From Octopus vulgaris (lineage: Eukaryota): 64,000 nucleotides of DNA. The translations under genes were made by a program, and so were the position numbers. The DNA lies in the NCBI GenBank assembly GCA_951406725.2, contig OX597836.1:37882001-37946000 (forward strand), given 5' to 3'. A model generated the notes under the pieces. It worked only from the letters and a program-made list of their open reading frames with translations. It did no database searches and had not been told where the DNA came from. This document shows positions 26,304-37,638 of this stretch, one piece after another (the first letter of the stretch is position 1; every line of letters starts with the position of its first letter).

Positions 26304-26934
26304 ATATTGGAGGTCTATGTAATCAATCGCCTAGAATCCTTCCCCACAATTTCAGGCATTATGCCTTTATAGACAGGATTCCTTGTTAAGTCGAACGACC
26401 ACGCAGGAGTTCCCCCATGGATTAGACTGAATGTATTGTAGCAGTTATTGTTGTTGCCACTAGCGTCGTTTTGTTGCTGCTGTTGTTACTATCACTGCTG
26501 TTATTTTCATTGCTTTTAAAGTTACTGCCGTAACTTTTTTTCTTATTTGTTTTTCCAGTTACCGTTCTTTTTCTTGTAGTTACTGTTGTTGTTCCCATTA
26601 CCATTGTTGTGGCGGTGGTGGTGATAGTAGTAGTAGTAGTAGTAGTAGTAGTTGTAGTAGATTTTACATTTTTTTCTTTTTTGTCGACGTCATCATCGTC
26701 GTTGTAGTTTGGTCCCAAATCAACTCAGTGGTTAAAATTACAAACGAAGGCCTGCCGCTTATGACCATCCTATCAGTTTAGGACCACTTAGCGATTTAGG
26801 TTTCAGGTACATATTATCTGCAGGATTGATAATGAAACCAAGACAAGCCGGGAAAAATGCAAAAATAGATTTGGTTATCCCCGAATAAGTGGAGCTAATA
26901 CGTAAACGCATAAAAGATACTGGTTAACTGTCAA

Positions 26935-28580
26935 ACGGTGAGCTGGCAAAATCGTTAGCACGCGGGAATGAAAGCTTAGCGGTATTTCACCAGACGCTAC
27001 GTTCTGAGTTCAAATTCCGGCGAGGTCGACTTTTCCTTTCAAACTTTCGGGAATCAAGAAATTTCCGAGGGTTCTATCTCACCCCACCCTCGTTTCCGGA
27101 CAAAAAAATGTGTTTTGTAACATATTAGGTCACCGAAAAGAAAAGAATTTCCTATAATTCCGTCACCACCACTCCCTTCCGAACCAAAATAATGCGTGTG
27201 CGGCACATTAGGTCAGTTGATTCCACGCGAAAAATCCGTTTTTTTTTTTTTTAGCCTGTTTGTGAAAAGCGTGGAGGTGAGTTTGTAAAAATTTACGTAA
27301 TTAAGTACCAGCGAAACACTGGAGTCAATATAATCGACTAGACCCCATCCTAGAATTTTCAGGCCTTGTGCCTTTAGTAGAACGGATTATGACAGATTTC
27401 TCGAAAGCGGTGAGCTATCAGACTCGTTGGCATGCCAAACAAAATGCGTAGCGGCATTTCTTCCGTCTTTAAGTTCTGCGTTCAAATTCAATCGAGGTCG
27501 ACTCTGCGTTTCCACCGTTCAGGGTCGATAAAATGAGTACGAGTTGGGCACTGGGGAATTCTTTAATCTCTCTTCACAGTATTTTCCTCCCCATAAATCT
27601 TAAGTCTTGTACCTGTAGAAGAAAGTATCATTACAGATTTCTCGAAGGTAGTGAGCTGGCAGATTCGTTGATACGCCGAACAAAATGCTTTGCAACATTT
27701 CGTCCGTTTTTACATACTGAATTCAAATTCTTCCAAGCTCGATTTTCCTTTCATCCTTTCGATACAATAAGTACCAGCTGATCACTGGAGTCGATGTAAT
27801 CGACCAGCCACCGGCCCCAAAACGCCAGGCCGTGTACCTATACTAGAAAGGATTACTAAGGATTTCTCTAAGTCGATGAGCTTAGGATAAAAAATTATTA
27901 AGATAGCGAGCTGGTAGAATCGTTACCGCACCAGACAAAATGCTTAGCGGCTTTTCTTCTGACTTTATGCTCTGAACTCAAATTTAGCCAATGTTCGACT
28001 TTGCATTTCATCTTTTCGGGTTCGATGAAATAAATATCAGTTGAGCACTAGGGTTGGTGTGTGGAGGTGCGTGACTTAGGGGTTAGGGTGTCAGCATTAT
28101 GATCGTAAGATTGTGGTTTCGATTCCTGGACCAGGTGACGCGCTGTGTTCTTGTGCAAAACACTTCATTTCACTCAACTGGCAAAAATGAGTAACGCTGC
28201 GATGGACTGGCGTCCCATCCAGCTGGGGAACACATACGCCATTGAAACCAGGAAACCGGGCCCGTGAGCCTGGCTAGGCTTTAAAAGGGCGCATTTATTT
28301 ATTTTACTACGGTTAATGTAATCGAGGAGCCCCCTCCCCTCGAAATGTCTGTGCTTGTAATAGAAAGGATTACTACAGATTTCTCTAAGGCGACGAACTG
28401 GCAGAATCGTTATTGCTTCAGACAGAATACTTAGCGGTATGTCTTCCGGCCCTTTACGTTCTGCGTTGAAATCCAAGTCAGTATTACTTTTCATCCTTTT
28501 GAGGTTGAGAAAATAAGTACCAGTTGAACATTGGATCGATGTAGTTGACTTACACCTCTCCCGAAATACCCTGCTGGGTT
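26935..28580 (+). repeat. Head-to-tail SINE-A cluster of about five units
   Basis: Successive SINE-A copies joined by a shared GGATTA(C/T)TACAGATTTCTC(G/T)AAG-like linker. Confidence 0.8.
28061..28305 (+). mobile_element. tRNA-derived SINE family C nested in SINE-A
   Basis: tRNA-like head with GGTTTCGATTCC, body CTGCGATGGACTGGCGTCCCATCCAG, tail GGAAACCGGGCCCGTGAGCCTGGC; related copies at 35390-35669 and 61210-61345 (minus). Confidence 0.75.
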
Positions 28581-28849
28581 TGCAGTTTGAAGATACCTTC
28601 TTTTCTACAAGTCCCAAAGTCCCTGTAAAGGATATGAGCACTTGCTCACTTCCTGACTTCCTAAAAGTTATAAAAGAAATGACATCAATAATATTCGGAT
28701 TTGAATATATCACGCAAGCTAATGCGTTCCCCATGTAAGTCCTAGACAAGCAGACCTATGATAAAAAGTTCCAGCCGTCACCATCCCCACCGTCTAAGTA
28801 TGTCCCTTTTTGAAAGCCGGTTGAACATAACTTGAGAGATGTGTGGGAA

Positions 28850-29744
28850 ATTCTGTCTGTGGGTGTGTTTGTGGAGTTGTTAGCTAACTCCTCCTACATC
28901 ATTTTATCGATTTTGATAAAACATGATACGTGAGTAAAACTCACGTCTTGAAATATCGTGGATTACTCAGGTTGTTGAAAATAAATCGATAATAGGGCCC
29001 CTGGAAGGGATCCTTATATCTAATATATTTTCTTTTAACAGCCAAGGGAAATAACCCATACGTCTCTGGAAGGGATCTTTATATATATATATATATATAG
29101 CCAAGGGAAATAACCAATTCATTTTCCTAAATTATTTGGTATAAATCAAATTCAGTATGTTTATTTCTTAGTATTTGAACTGTTATTTTCGCAATTTATC
29201 CAGTACAACCCTTAAAAGGTAAATAGTATTTTCCTAAACAATAAATCCACTTATTTCGGTTAGTGACTTATTCATGAATATACCGACACTAGCGCCGTTG
29301 AGGGTAATAATCTCTGAGAACGCATAAAAGCCCTTTTCATAGTTATTTACTTTGAATTGTCATTATCTCATATCTGATTAACCTGTTATTACGTAGCATG
29401 CATCACGATTTTAGTATACATACCTTATTAGTATTTCCTCTTATGTTGTATATACTATGGGAACGCATTAAAGTCCTTTTCGGGGCTACTTTATTTGAAT
29501 TCTTAATATCGGGTAATTAATTTCATGTTATTACATAACTGACTTCACAATATGGGTATTCATAACTTATAGGGAATTCCTAAAAGCAAGATCCTGTGTA
29601 AGACAGTTCGGTATTCTCTATAAATGCACAAAAACCGTTTTAAGGGCTACATACTTTGTATTGTTATTATAAATAAACAATTATAAGAACGGAACCAAGG
29701 GATAAGCACCGCTTACCCGGTAATTATTGGGTACGTCAGCTAGT
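28850..29744 (-). mobile_element. Helitron/HINE-like non-autonomous element
   Basis: Minus strand starts ACTAGCTGACGTACCC...CCGGGTA, the same terminus type as 45993 and 62346; diverged internal subrepeats; left boundary approximate. Confidence 0.45.
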
Positions 29745-29793
<49 letters not shown>

Positions 29794-29818
29794 AAATTAG
29801 AACAAACAGCAAAAGGCT

Positions 29819-29890
29819 GTCATTATAGTACTCGGAGTTTCGAATGCCGGAGCAAAGAGCTACGATACATTCTCATCGGCTATTAATGAC
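29819..29890 (-). ncRNA. Minimal type I hammerhead ribozyme motif, CCGAUGA core variant
   Basis: Minus strand GTCATT-A-ATAG CCGATGA GAATG...CATTC GAAAC TCCGA GTA CTAT-AATGAC: 10-bp stem I with one bulge, 5-bp stem II, GUA site. Confidence 0.75.
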
Positions 29891-30717
29891 AACAGAGTAC
29901 GATGATGACAACCTTTTACTGTTTGTTTTTATTTATAACATATATGAATAATCCTCGATTTCTCTAATATCGAGGTCTCGCTCTTTTGTTGTTACATTTT
30001 ATATATATTATTTATATATATTATTTTATTTTTCTTGTAGCAGTCATTTGACTGTGGCTATGCTGGAGCACCGCCTTTAGTCGAACAAATCTACTCCAGA
30101 ACTTCTTTGTAAGCCGAGTACTTATTCTATCGGTTTCTTTTGCCGAACTGCTAAGTTACGGAGGCGTAAACACACCGCATCTGTTGTCAAGTGATTGCCT
30201 TTCATCCTTTCGGGGGTCGATAAATAAAGTTGCAGTTACGCACTGGGGTCGATGTAATCGACTTAATCCGTTTGTCTGTCCTTGTTTGTCCCCTCTGTGT
30301 TTAGCCCCTTATGGGTAGTAAAGAAATAGGTATTTCGCCCATCGCTACGTTGTGTTTAAATTCTGCTGAGGTCGACTTTACCTTTAATCCTTTCGGGAGG
30401 GGGTCGATAAATTAAGTACCAGTAAAACACTGGGGTTAATGTAATCGACTAGTCCCCTCTCCCACAATTTCAGGCCTTGTGCCTTTAGTAGTCAGGATGA
30501 TTATTATTATTATTAATATTATTCGAACTGGCAAAATTTTTCGCACGCTGAGTAAAAATGCTTAGCGCATTTCGTCTTTTTTTACGTTCAAATTCCGTCG
30601 AATTTGCCTTTCGACCTTTCGGGTCTATAAAATAAGAACCAGTTAAACCCTGGGGTCGATGTAATCGACAATCTCCCTCACATAAACATTTCAGGCCTTG
30701 TGCCTATCGTAGAAAGG

Positions 30718-31343
30718 CCCCCAGCACCAAGAAAAACGACAACTAAAAAACCAGTAGAAACACCAACACCGTCATCATCACCAATAGACACAGCAACAAC
30801 ACCGCTACCAGCAGAACCAACTGAAATCTTTCGCCTTGCGGATGAAGCAGACCCAACAGCCATCCCCTTTCCGGATCAAGATTGCTCGGATTGTGCGAGC
30901 ACTGATACCGAGAAAGGGGAATGGCACACAGTGCCTACAAAACAGAAAAGGAGGAGAAAACAAAAGGACACACAGGGGAAGCACGAACAAATAGTGCTTC
31001 CCAACATCAACATCACTTTCGACACCACTACTGCCACACACACCAACACCAACAGACACGATTACAGCAATCAACACAAAAAAATGAAAAACTCGTTACA
31101 TACCTAAAAGACAAAACAAATACAAACATAACAGATTTCGTTATACCAACACACAACACACCACCAGCACACATTCTCACAATAAAAATCAACGCAACAA
31201 CATACAGTGACATAAAACAAATATTCCCTAACGATGTGGGATCGCTAGGGAAAAGTTTCTCAAAGAAACTATATAAAAATATTGTGGAAGCACCCGTGCA
31301 AAAGCACAAGGGAGCCACCCCCACCACCAACAACAGTAAGTAG
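30718..31343 (+). pseudogene. ORF1 C-terminal part of the Tx1 LINE (probable frameshift in the A-run near 31080)
   Basis: Pro/Thr-rich segment and EWHTVPTKQKRRRK basic motif; stop at 31343, 42 bp before the ORF2 ATG. Confidence 0.6.
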
Positions 31344-31385
31344 AGCCTTTTTCTCCTTTTATTTTTTTCTTTTCACCTTTGAAAC

Positions 31386-34300
31386 ATGGCAAAACTTAGA
31401 ATCGGTTGCTTGAATGTGAGAGGCCTCGTGTCACCTTGGAAACAGGGTCACCTGTTAGACGACCTGAGGTTTCATGATGTGGATGTAGCAGCCATCAGTG
31501 AAACCAGGCTCTCCGACCCGCAAGAACTCGCAGCCCTTTTCGGCGGATACGAGATATTTCTATCTCCGTGTCGGCCGAGAGCGGGCGGTGGTGGTACTGC
31601 GGTGTTGTTTCGGAAGGGCCTGGATTTGAAAATAAGGACAGTTTTCCTGGATCCGGAAGGTAAGTTGGTGGTCCTCGACGTAGAAGGTAGTGACGACGGT
31701 GCTTTCAGACTGCTGGCTGCCTACGCTCCGACAGGAGCAGGGCAGTCGGATTATTTCAAACGTCTGGAAGTTTTCCTGGGAACGTCACGCACTCTAGTGC
31801 TAGTTGGGGATTGGAACGCTGTCTTAGACGAACGTTTCGATCGGGTGGGCAGGGGAGCGTCTGATAAGAGAGGAGGAGGGTGCAAGAGCCTCGCCAACCT
31901 ACTCGGACGCTTTCAGCTGTCCGACAGGTTTCGACTAGACAACCCGAATGTGCCAATGTGGACTTGGACCAATCGCATCGGGTCGTCTAGATCGTACTTA
32001 GATACAGTGTTTTGTAGGCCAGTGGATAAGGACAGCATAGGGTGTCCACAATTCCACCTGGTCGACTACACGGACCACAAATTCGTGATCTGTACGGTCG
32101 ACTTAGATAGGCTGCATAGACAGGGACCCGGATACTGGAAGCTGAACGCGTCGCTAACGGCATGCAAAGCTTACAGAGACCGGATTAGTTTATTAGTTAA
32201 GCGGGCGCTCACGGGGGCAATCATCAACAACAACTGGTGGTTTGCCCTCAAGAGAGTAATTAGAGTAGAGTCGATTAGATTTCGTAAGACTCTAGCTATT
32301 GAACGTAGGAAGAGAGAGCGGGATTTAGTTAAGAAACTAGACGAGGCTCTTGAGACTGGCATCGCGACCGACGTGTTGGCGGCAAGGTTGGCCCTCGACC
32401 AACACTTTGACGCCAAACACGAAGGCTGCGTTGTCAGAGCTAAGGCACGTTCGCTAAGCGGGCAGGGGACTAGAGCCGCTCGATGGGCCCGCATGGCGGA
32501 GGCGAAGCGAGGCAAAAGAGTTACCATTCGGTCTTTGGTGGACCAGAACGGACGCGAGGTTACCGAACCGAAGCAGATGTGTACGGTGTTTCAGCGGCAC
32601 TTTGCTCAACTGGGACGAGCGGTGGAACGCACAATGGTGCAGACTTCGGTATGTACCTGGACGGCCTACCGCAACTCTCGGACAGCGAGGCAGAGTGCTG
32701 CGAAGGACCGATATCTGCCTGGGAAGTGGAGGAAGCGATGAAGAGTTGCACGAGAGGTAGATCGCCGGGTTTGGATGGTCTGCCCTACGAGCTTTACACT
32801 TCAATGCCAGACTTGTTTGCGGGCCTGTTGGCAAACGTCTACTGGAACTGGCAGCAAAACGGGAGAATTCCTGCTTTTGTCTGTCGAGGGGTGGTGGCTT
32901 TGCTAAAAAAGGACCCAAACAAGGGGGACGTTATAGGAAATTTTCGGCCCATCACTCTGCTCAATGCAGAGTTGAAGATTTTGGCCAAGGTGCTAGCCAA
33001 GAGATTGGCGCTTGTCGTGGACAAGCTGGTCGGCAAGACGCAGACATGCGCCGTGCCGACCAGGTCAATACACGACAACCTCCATCTCATGCGCTACATC
33101 ATAGAGAGGGTAGGTAACGACGCTGGCGCGGGTGGGGCTTTGATCAACTTAGATCAGAGTAAAGCCTTCGATAGGGTCGACCATCGGTACCTGGCAGCTG
33201 TTCTCAAGGCAGCCGGCTTCGGTCCAGTCTTCCGCGGGTGGATCGCTGCTTTATACAGCAACATCTACTCGGTGATACGGGTGAACGGTCACCTTTCAGA
33301 ACCGTTCGACATCTCGCGTTCGGTCCGCCAAGGATGCCCTCTCTCCTCCTTCTTGTACATATTGACTCTCGAGCCATTACTGCGCAAGTTGGAGGCTTTG
33401 AGGGGTATCCCGCGCGATCTAGGAGGTGGAAACAGCGTGTCTGCCTATGCCGACGACGTCACCGTGATGGTGTCGAGCCACAGGCACATTGGCCTGATTA
33501 GCGAGACACTAAACGAGTACGAAGCGGTGACAGGGGCAAAGATTAACGTGGAAAAGTCTGTGGGCTTGCAACTGGGCACCTGGAGAGGCAAGCCCATGCC
33601 GTCCAACAGCGTCGTAGGGCGCTGGACAGACGGACCCGTTAAACTGCTCGGGGTCTGGTTCGGTCCGGACCTCCAGGTGGATAAAAACTGGGAAGAGGTG
33701 ACAAGCAGGGTGGCACGTCTCACCCAGAAATGGGCCGAGAGGAAGCTGTCCCTGAAAGGTCGAGCGGAGGTGGCGAATGCGTACATCGCATCCGTCATCT
33801 GTTACCGCTTGACCGTCGTCCCTTGTCCCAACCGCTGGTTGGCCAAGCTGGTACGCCTGATCTTCGACTTTTTGTGGAAGGGTCAGGTGCCACTGGTCAG
33901 GCGATCCATCTGCTGTCAACGACCGCTAAACGGAGGCCTTGGCATGCCGTGGTTACTGATGCGCAGACATCTCAAGCGTTTCCTAGACGGTGATCGGGTG
34001 TGGTCGTCTTTTGTCAGACGCGACTTTCCGCAGCTCGTCTCTTTGACAGAGCTGCAGACCTGGATCAAACGTAGACCGAGAAAGGGCGCTTGGCACCTCG
34101 AGTGCCGTCAAGCTCTCTCCGCCCTCCGCCAGGCGGGCAATGCGATCGGTTTCAGCTCCACTCTAGCGTTCTATAGAGGGTTAGTGGAGGAAAAATGCGA
34201 CGACGTTCTCGGGGAAACTCTAGGCGTTGACGATAATGAACTGAGCGGTCTATTCGGAAGGACTTTCGGGCCGGGGCCAATGGATAATTTCCAGAGGTCG

Positions 34301-34795
34301 CTCGCCTGGCAGGGCTACCGAGGGGCTCTGCCTGTTCGGGATAAACTCTACCGGCACGGAAGTGCCGTCAGCCGGGCCTGCCCGAGGTGTTGCCAGGACG
34401 ACGAAACCGTTCTGCACGCACTCGTCCAGTGCCCGAGTATTGCTGAACTATGGGTTTATGTCGAACAGCTACTGTCACGTGTAGGACGGATCCGGCTATC
34501 AGCCGAATCCATAGTGAAGATTTCCCCGCTGACCTCCTTTAACAAGGAGGGCAAGGCCGTTTTCTTGTGCCTAGTGGCTGTGGCGAAAGAGGTTGTATGG
34601 TGGACCCGTTTGAAAGGGCTAAAGTCAGACACTTTTCTCTTTGGTCAAGGCCTCATCAACTTTTTCAAGTTTCACTTGAAAAGGAAGATGAGGTTAGAGA
34701 GGAGAGTGCTGTCCGATAGCAAGTTTTCTGAAAGGTGGGTGAATTGTGCGAGAATGGCCAGTATAAATGGACCAGTTCTCAGGTTTCGCCTGTGA
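31386..34795 (+). pseudogene. ORF2: AP endonuclease, reverse transcriptase and zf-RVT-type zinc finger; one frameshift near 32612
   Basis: CLNVRGL, ISETR, VGDWNA, TDHK, GYWKLN; SPGLDGL, FRPITLLN, LDQSKAFD, VRQGCPLS, AYADD; CPRCCQDDETVLHALVQC; frames 31386-32741 and 32483-34795 join at RHFAQL/GTSGG. Confidence 0.95.
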
Positions 34796-35389
34796 TTCAA
34801 AAAGGTATTATAAAAGGAGAAAGGGGCTCTCTACCCCCCTTTTGACCAGGCTCCCGTTGGCTTTTATGGGGTTTTTTTCCACCAGGAACCTTTCGAAGCG
34901 CCTCCCCCTATTGGGAGTTTTCCCTTGTTACAATCTTTCGTTGTTAAACTGTTTTTACACGATTTTTTCACAAACGGACAAAACTCTTTGTAACCTTTCG
35001 TCCTGTTTTGTCCCTTTATGTTTTCTAATCATTTGTGTCAGCCCTTGTGGCCAATAAAAAGAATAAATTATTATTATTATTATTATCATTATTATTATTA
35101 GTCAGACTGACAGAATCGGTAGCACGTCTGACAAAACGCTGAGCGGCATTATTACCATGTATGGTGGTGAGCTGGCAGAACTGTTACGGCACTGGAGAAA
35201 ATGCTCAGCGGCGCTTCTTTTGTCTCTTTATGCTCTGAGTTCAAATTCCACTGAGGTCATCTTTGCCTTTCATCCTTTCGTGCTTGACATTGGGCGCGAT
35301 GTAATCGAATAATCCCCTTCCCAAAAAAATTCAGACTGGGTGGCTATAGTGGAAAGTATTATTATTATTACAAATACTAAGTTGTTGTT

Positions 35390-35669
35390 TGTTCCTTCTC
35401 AAGCCATTCCTGGCTCATAGGGCTGGTTTCCCGGTTCCCCACCTGGACCCGACGCCGGTCCGTTGCAGGTGAGCTGCAAAATGCAGGAGGAAAGAGTGAG
35501 AGAAAGTCGTGGCGAAAGACTCAGCGGAGGTTCGCCATTACCTTCTGCAGGAGCCGCATGGAGCTTAGGTTTTTCACTCATAAACACACACATCGCCCGG
35601 TCTGAGATTCGAACCCGTGATCCCTCGACCGCGAGTCCGCTGCTCTAACCACTAGGCCATGTGCCTCCA
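35390..35669 (-). mobile_element. tRNA-derived SINE, family C related
   Basis: Minus strand TGGCCTAGTGGTTAGAGC (A box) ... GGTTCGAATCTC (B box) followed by a non-tRNA body. Confidence 0.8.
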
Positions 35670-36930
35670 TAAATACTAAGAGGAACAGTTAAATTGCCCC
35701 ACAAAAATGCCTTGTGCTATTTTGTGACGACTCTTTACGTTATATTCTAAGTTCAAATCTCACCGAGGTTGACTTTTCTACTTCGACCTTCAGCGGGGCG
35801 ATCTGGCAGAATCGTTAGCACGCCAGGCAAACAGCTTAGCAGTATTCCTTCCATCTTTACGTTTTGCGTTCAAATGCCGTCGAGGGCGACTTTTCCTTTT
35901 ATCCTTTCGCGATCGATAAAATAAGTACCAGTGGACCACTGGGGTCGATGATGTCGACAAACCCTTCTCCAAAACTTTTCAGTTCTAATGCCAATAGTGG
36001 AACGGGTAAAATAAATAAAGTACTATTAAATTACTGAAGATGTTTTGATTTACAACAGCCCCCTCCCCACTATGCAAATATTTGCGTCGTGCCTAAGCAA
36101 GAAATTTTTATCAAATTCATTTTTGCTATCGTCATCAGAAATTTCGCCCCATCGTCATCAGTATGTAAGAATTATTATCATAGCAAACATTCAAGTTGAA
36201 GAACGTCTCCAGGTGACCCTGTAGACGAAACATCTGTAGAATTTTCGTTCAAAGAATTCTCAGGAAGGCAGTGGATAAGTGTCGCCATCCTTGGCATCAT
36301 TAGACGGCTTTGAACTAACATCTGTATAGACATCGCCAGATGTCAGATCTCGGTGCAAAAGACAAGCTAGATCATAAACAAATGCAGGTGGCACCTCAAA
36401 GATTCAGAGAAGCAAAAGAAAATAAGGTTGTAAATTGATACCATGTGTGTATGTTATTGAGTGCATGCATTTTTATGTATGTGTATGTACAAATACGTAC
36501 CTGTATAATACACACACACACACACAGATCGAGAGCAAGAGACAGACAGATAGCAGTCATTAGAATCCAGGCACATCAACACGTAGGACACCAGAACTGG
36601 CTAAGTAGCATAACATAGGCTTCACAGTGAGGTAAAACAATCATCTATTGATAGAATACTGCAGTTATGTAGAAGTGTAAGTACGAAATCCAATTTAAAC
36701 CGTTGGTCCGTCTCAGGATGGGTCCTAAGTGCGGCGGCGTAGGTATAAAAAGAACGCAGAAGGAGTTTTATATTTACTACAGTTGTTCCGGTAGAATTTT
36801 ATTGATGTCTTCATAGATTTATTTAGAGTTGCTAAAACTAGGAAGATACCGTGTCGGTTAAGTGAGATAAAGGAAGCGGAGCTTGAGGCAGGAGAAAGAC
36901 ATAAAAGTGCCATCATCGTATCACACTCGT

Positions 36931-37000
<70 letters not shown>

Positions 37001-37094
37001 GCACACACGCACCCGTTTACACTTATACGTAAGTGTGTATACGTGTATATGTGTGAGTGAACGCATAAGCATGCGCGTGTAAACATGTGTTTAT

Positions 37095-37450
37095 GTGTGT
37101 TTGGTGAGGAAATGACCAGTGAGTGGTCAGCTGGAAAATGTTTTAAACAATTTCGCAGTGGCGATCTGAGCCTTGAAGATCGTGAGCGTAGTGATCGCCT
37201 ATCTGTCATCGATGACGGTCAAATGAAGACCGTTATTGAGAAAGATCTACGTAAAACCACTCGAAAACTGGCAAAAGAACTTCAAATTAGCCAGAAAACT
37301 ACCTGCAACCATTTGCATGCAATCGGAAAATCCAAAATGTTCGACGATTTGAATGAAAATCAGAAAATGCGCTTCTTCTCCGTGACCAAACCGATCCATT
37401 TCTAGACCGTATTGTAACTTGCAATGCAAAGTGGATACTTTACAATAATA
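37095..37450 (+). mobile_element. Mariner (Mos1/Hsmar-like) transposase fragment
   Basis: VFGEE...FKQFRSGDLSLEDRERSDR...TTRKLAKELQISQKTTCNHLHAIGK and FLDRIVTCNAKWILYNN (IVTxDEKW motif decayed). Confidence 0.9.
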
Positions 37451-37463
37451 AAAGTGATAAAGT

Positions 37464-37499
37464 CTTTTACGTTTCGAGCCTACGCTCTTTAACAGAAAG
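37464..37499 (-). ncRNA. Degenerate ultra-minimal hammerhead-like motif
   Basis: Minus strand CTTT-CTGTTAA-A-GAGC GTAG GCTC-GAAAC-GTA-AAAG. Confidence 0.5.
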
Positions 37500-37572
37500 G
37501 AATATGAGGAAATAAACAGAGAGATAATTTTTTAAAACTTGTGGATTTAGCGATTAATCATGGTGACTGGTG

Positions 37573-37637
<65 letters not shown>

Positions 37638-37638
<1 letters not shown>

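Larger units (their letters stand above)
30718..35066 (+). mobile_element. L1/Tx1-clade LINE, 5'-truncated in ORF1, near-intact ORF2
   Basis: ORF1 remnant, APE endonuclease, RT, C-terminal zinc finger, T-rich 3'UTR ending GCCCTTGTGGCCAATAAAAAGAATAA; GC content rises abruptly versus flanks. Confidence 0.95.

Noticed and set aside
32600-32625. Programmed ribosomal frameshift in ORF2
   Set aside because: No slippery heptamer; a small indel is the simpler explanation
31756-33993. Overlapping and antisense ORFs in the LINE
   Set aside because: Expected by chance in GC-rich coding DNA; no recognisable motifs
35585-35669. tRNA gene
   Set aside because: A and B boxes are present but the acceptor stem does not pair and the sequence runs into a SINE body
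36190-36245. Hammerhead at TTGAAGA...GAAACATCTGTA
   Set aside because: Core and stem I are out of register; not enough support
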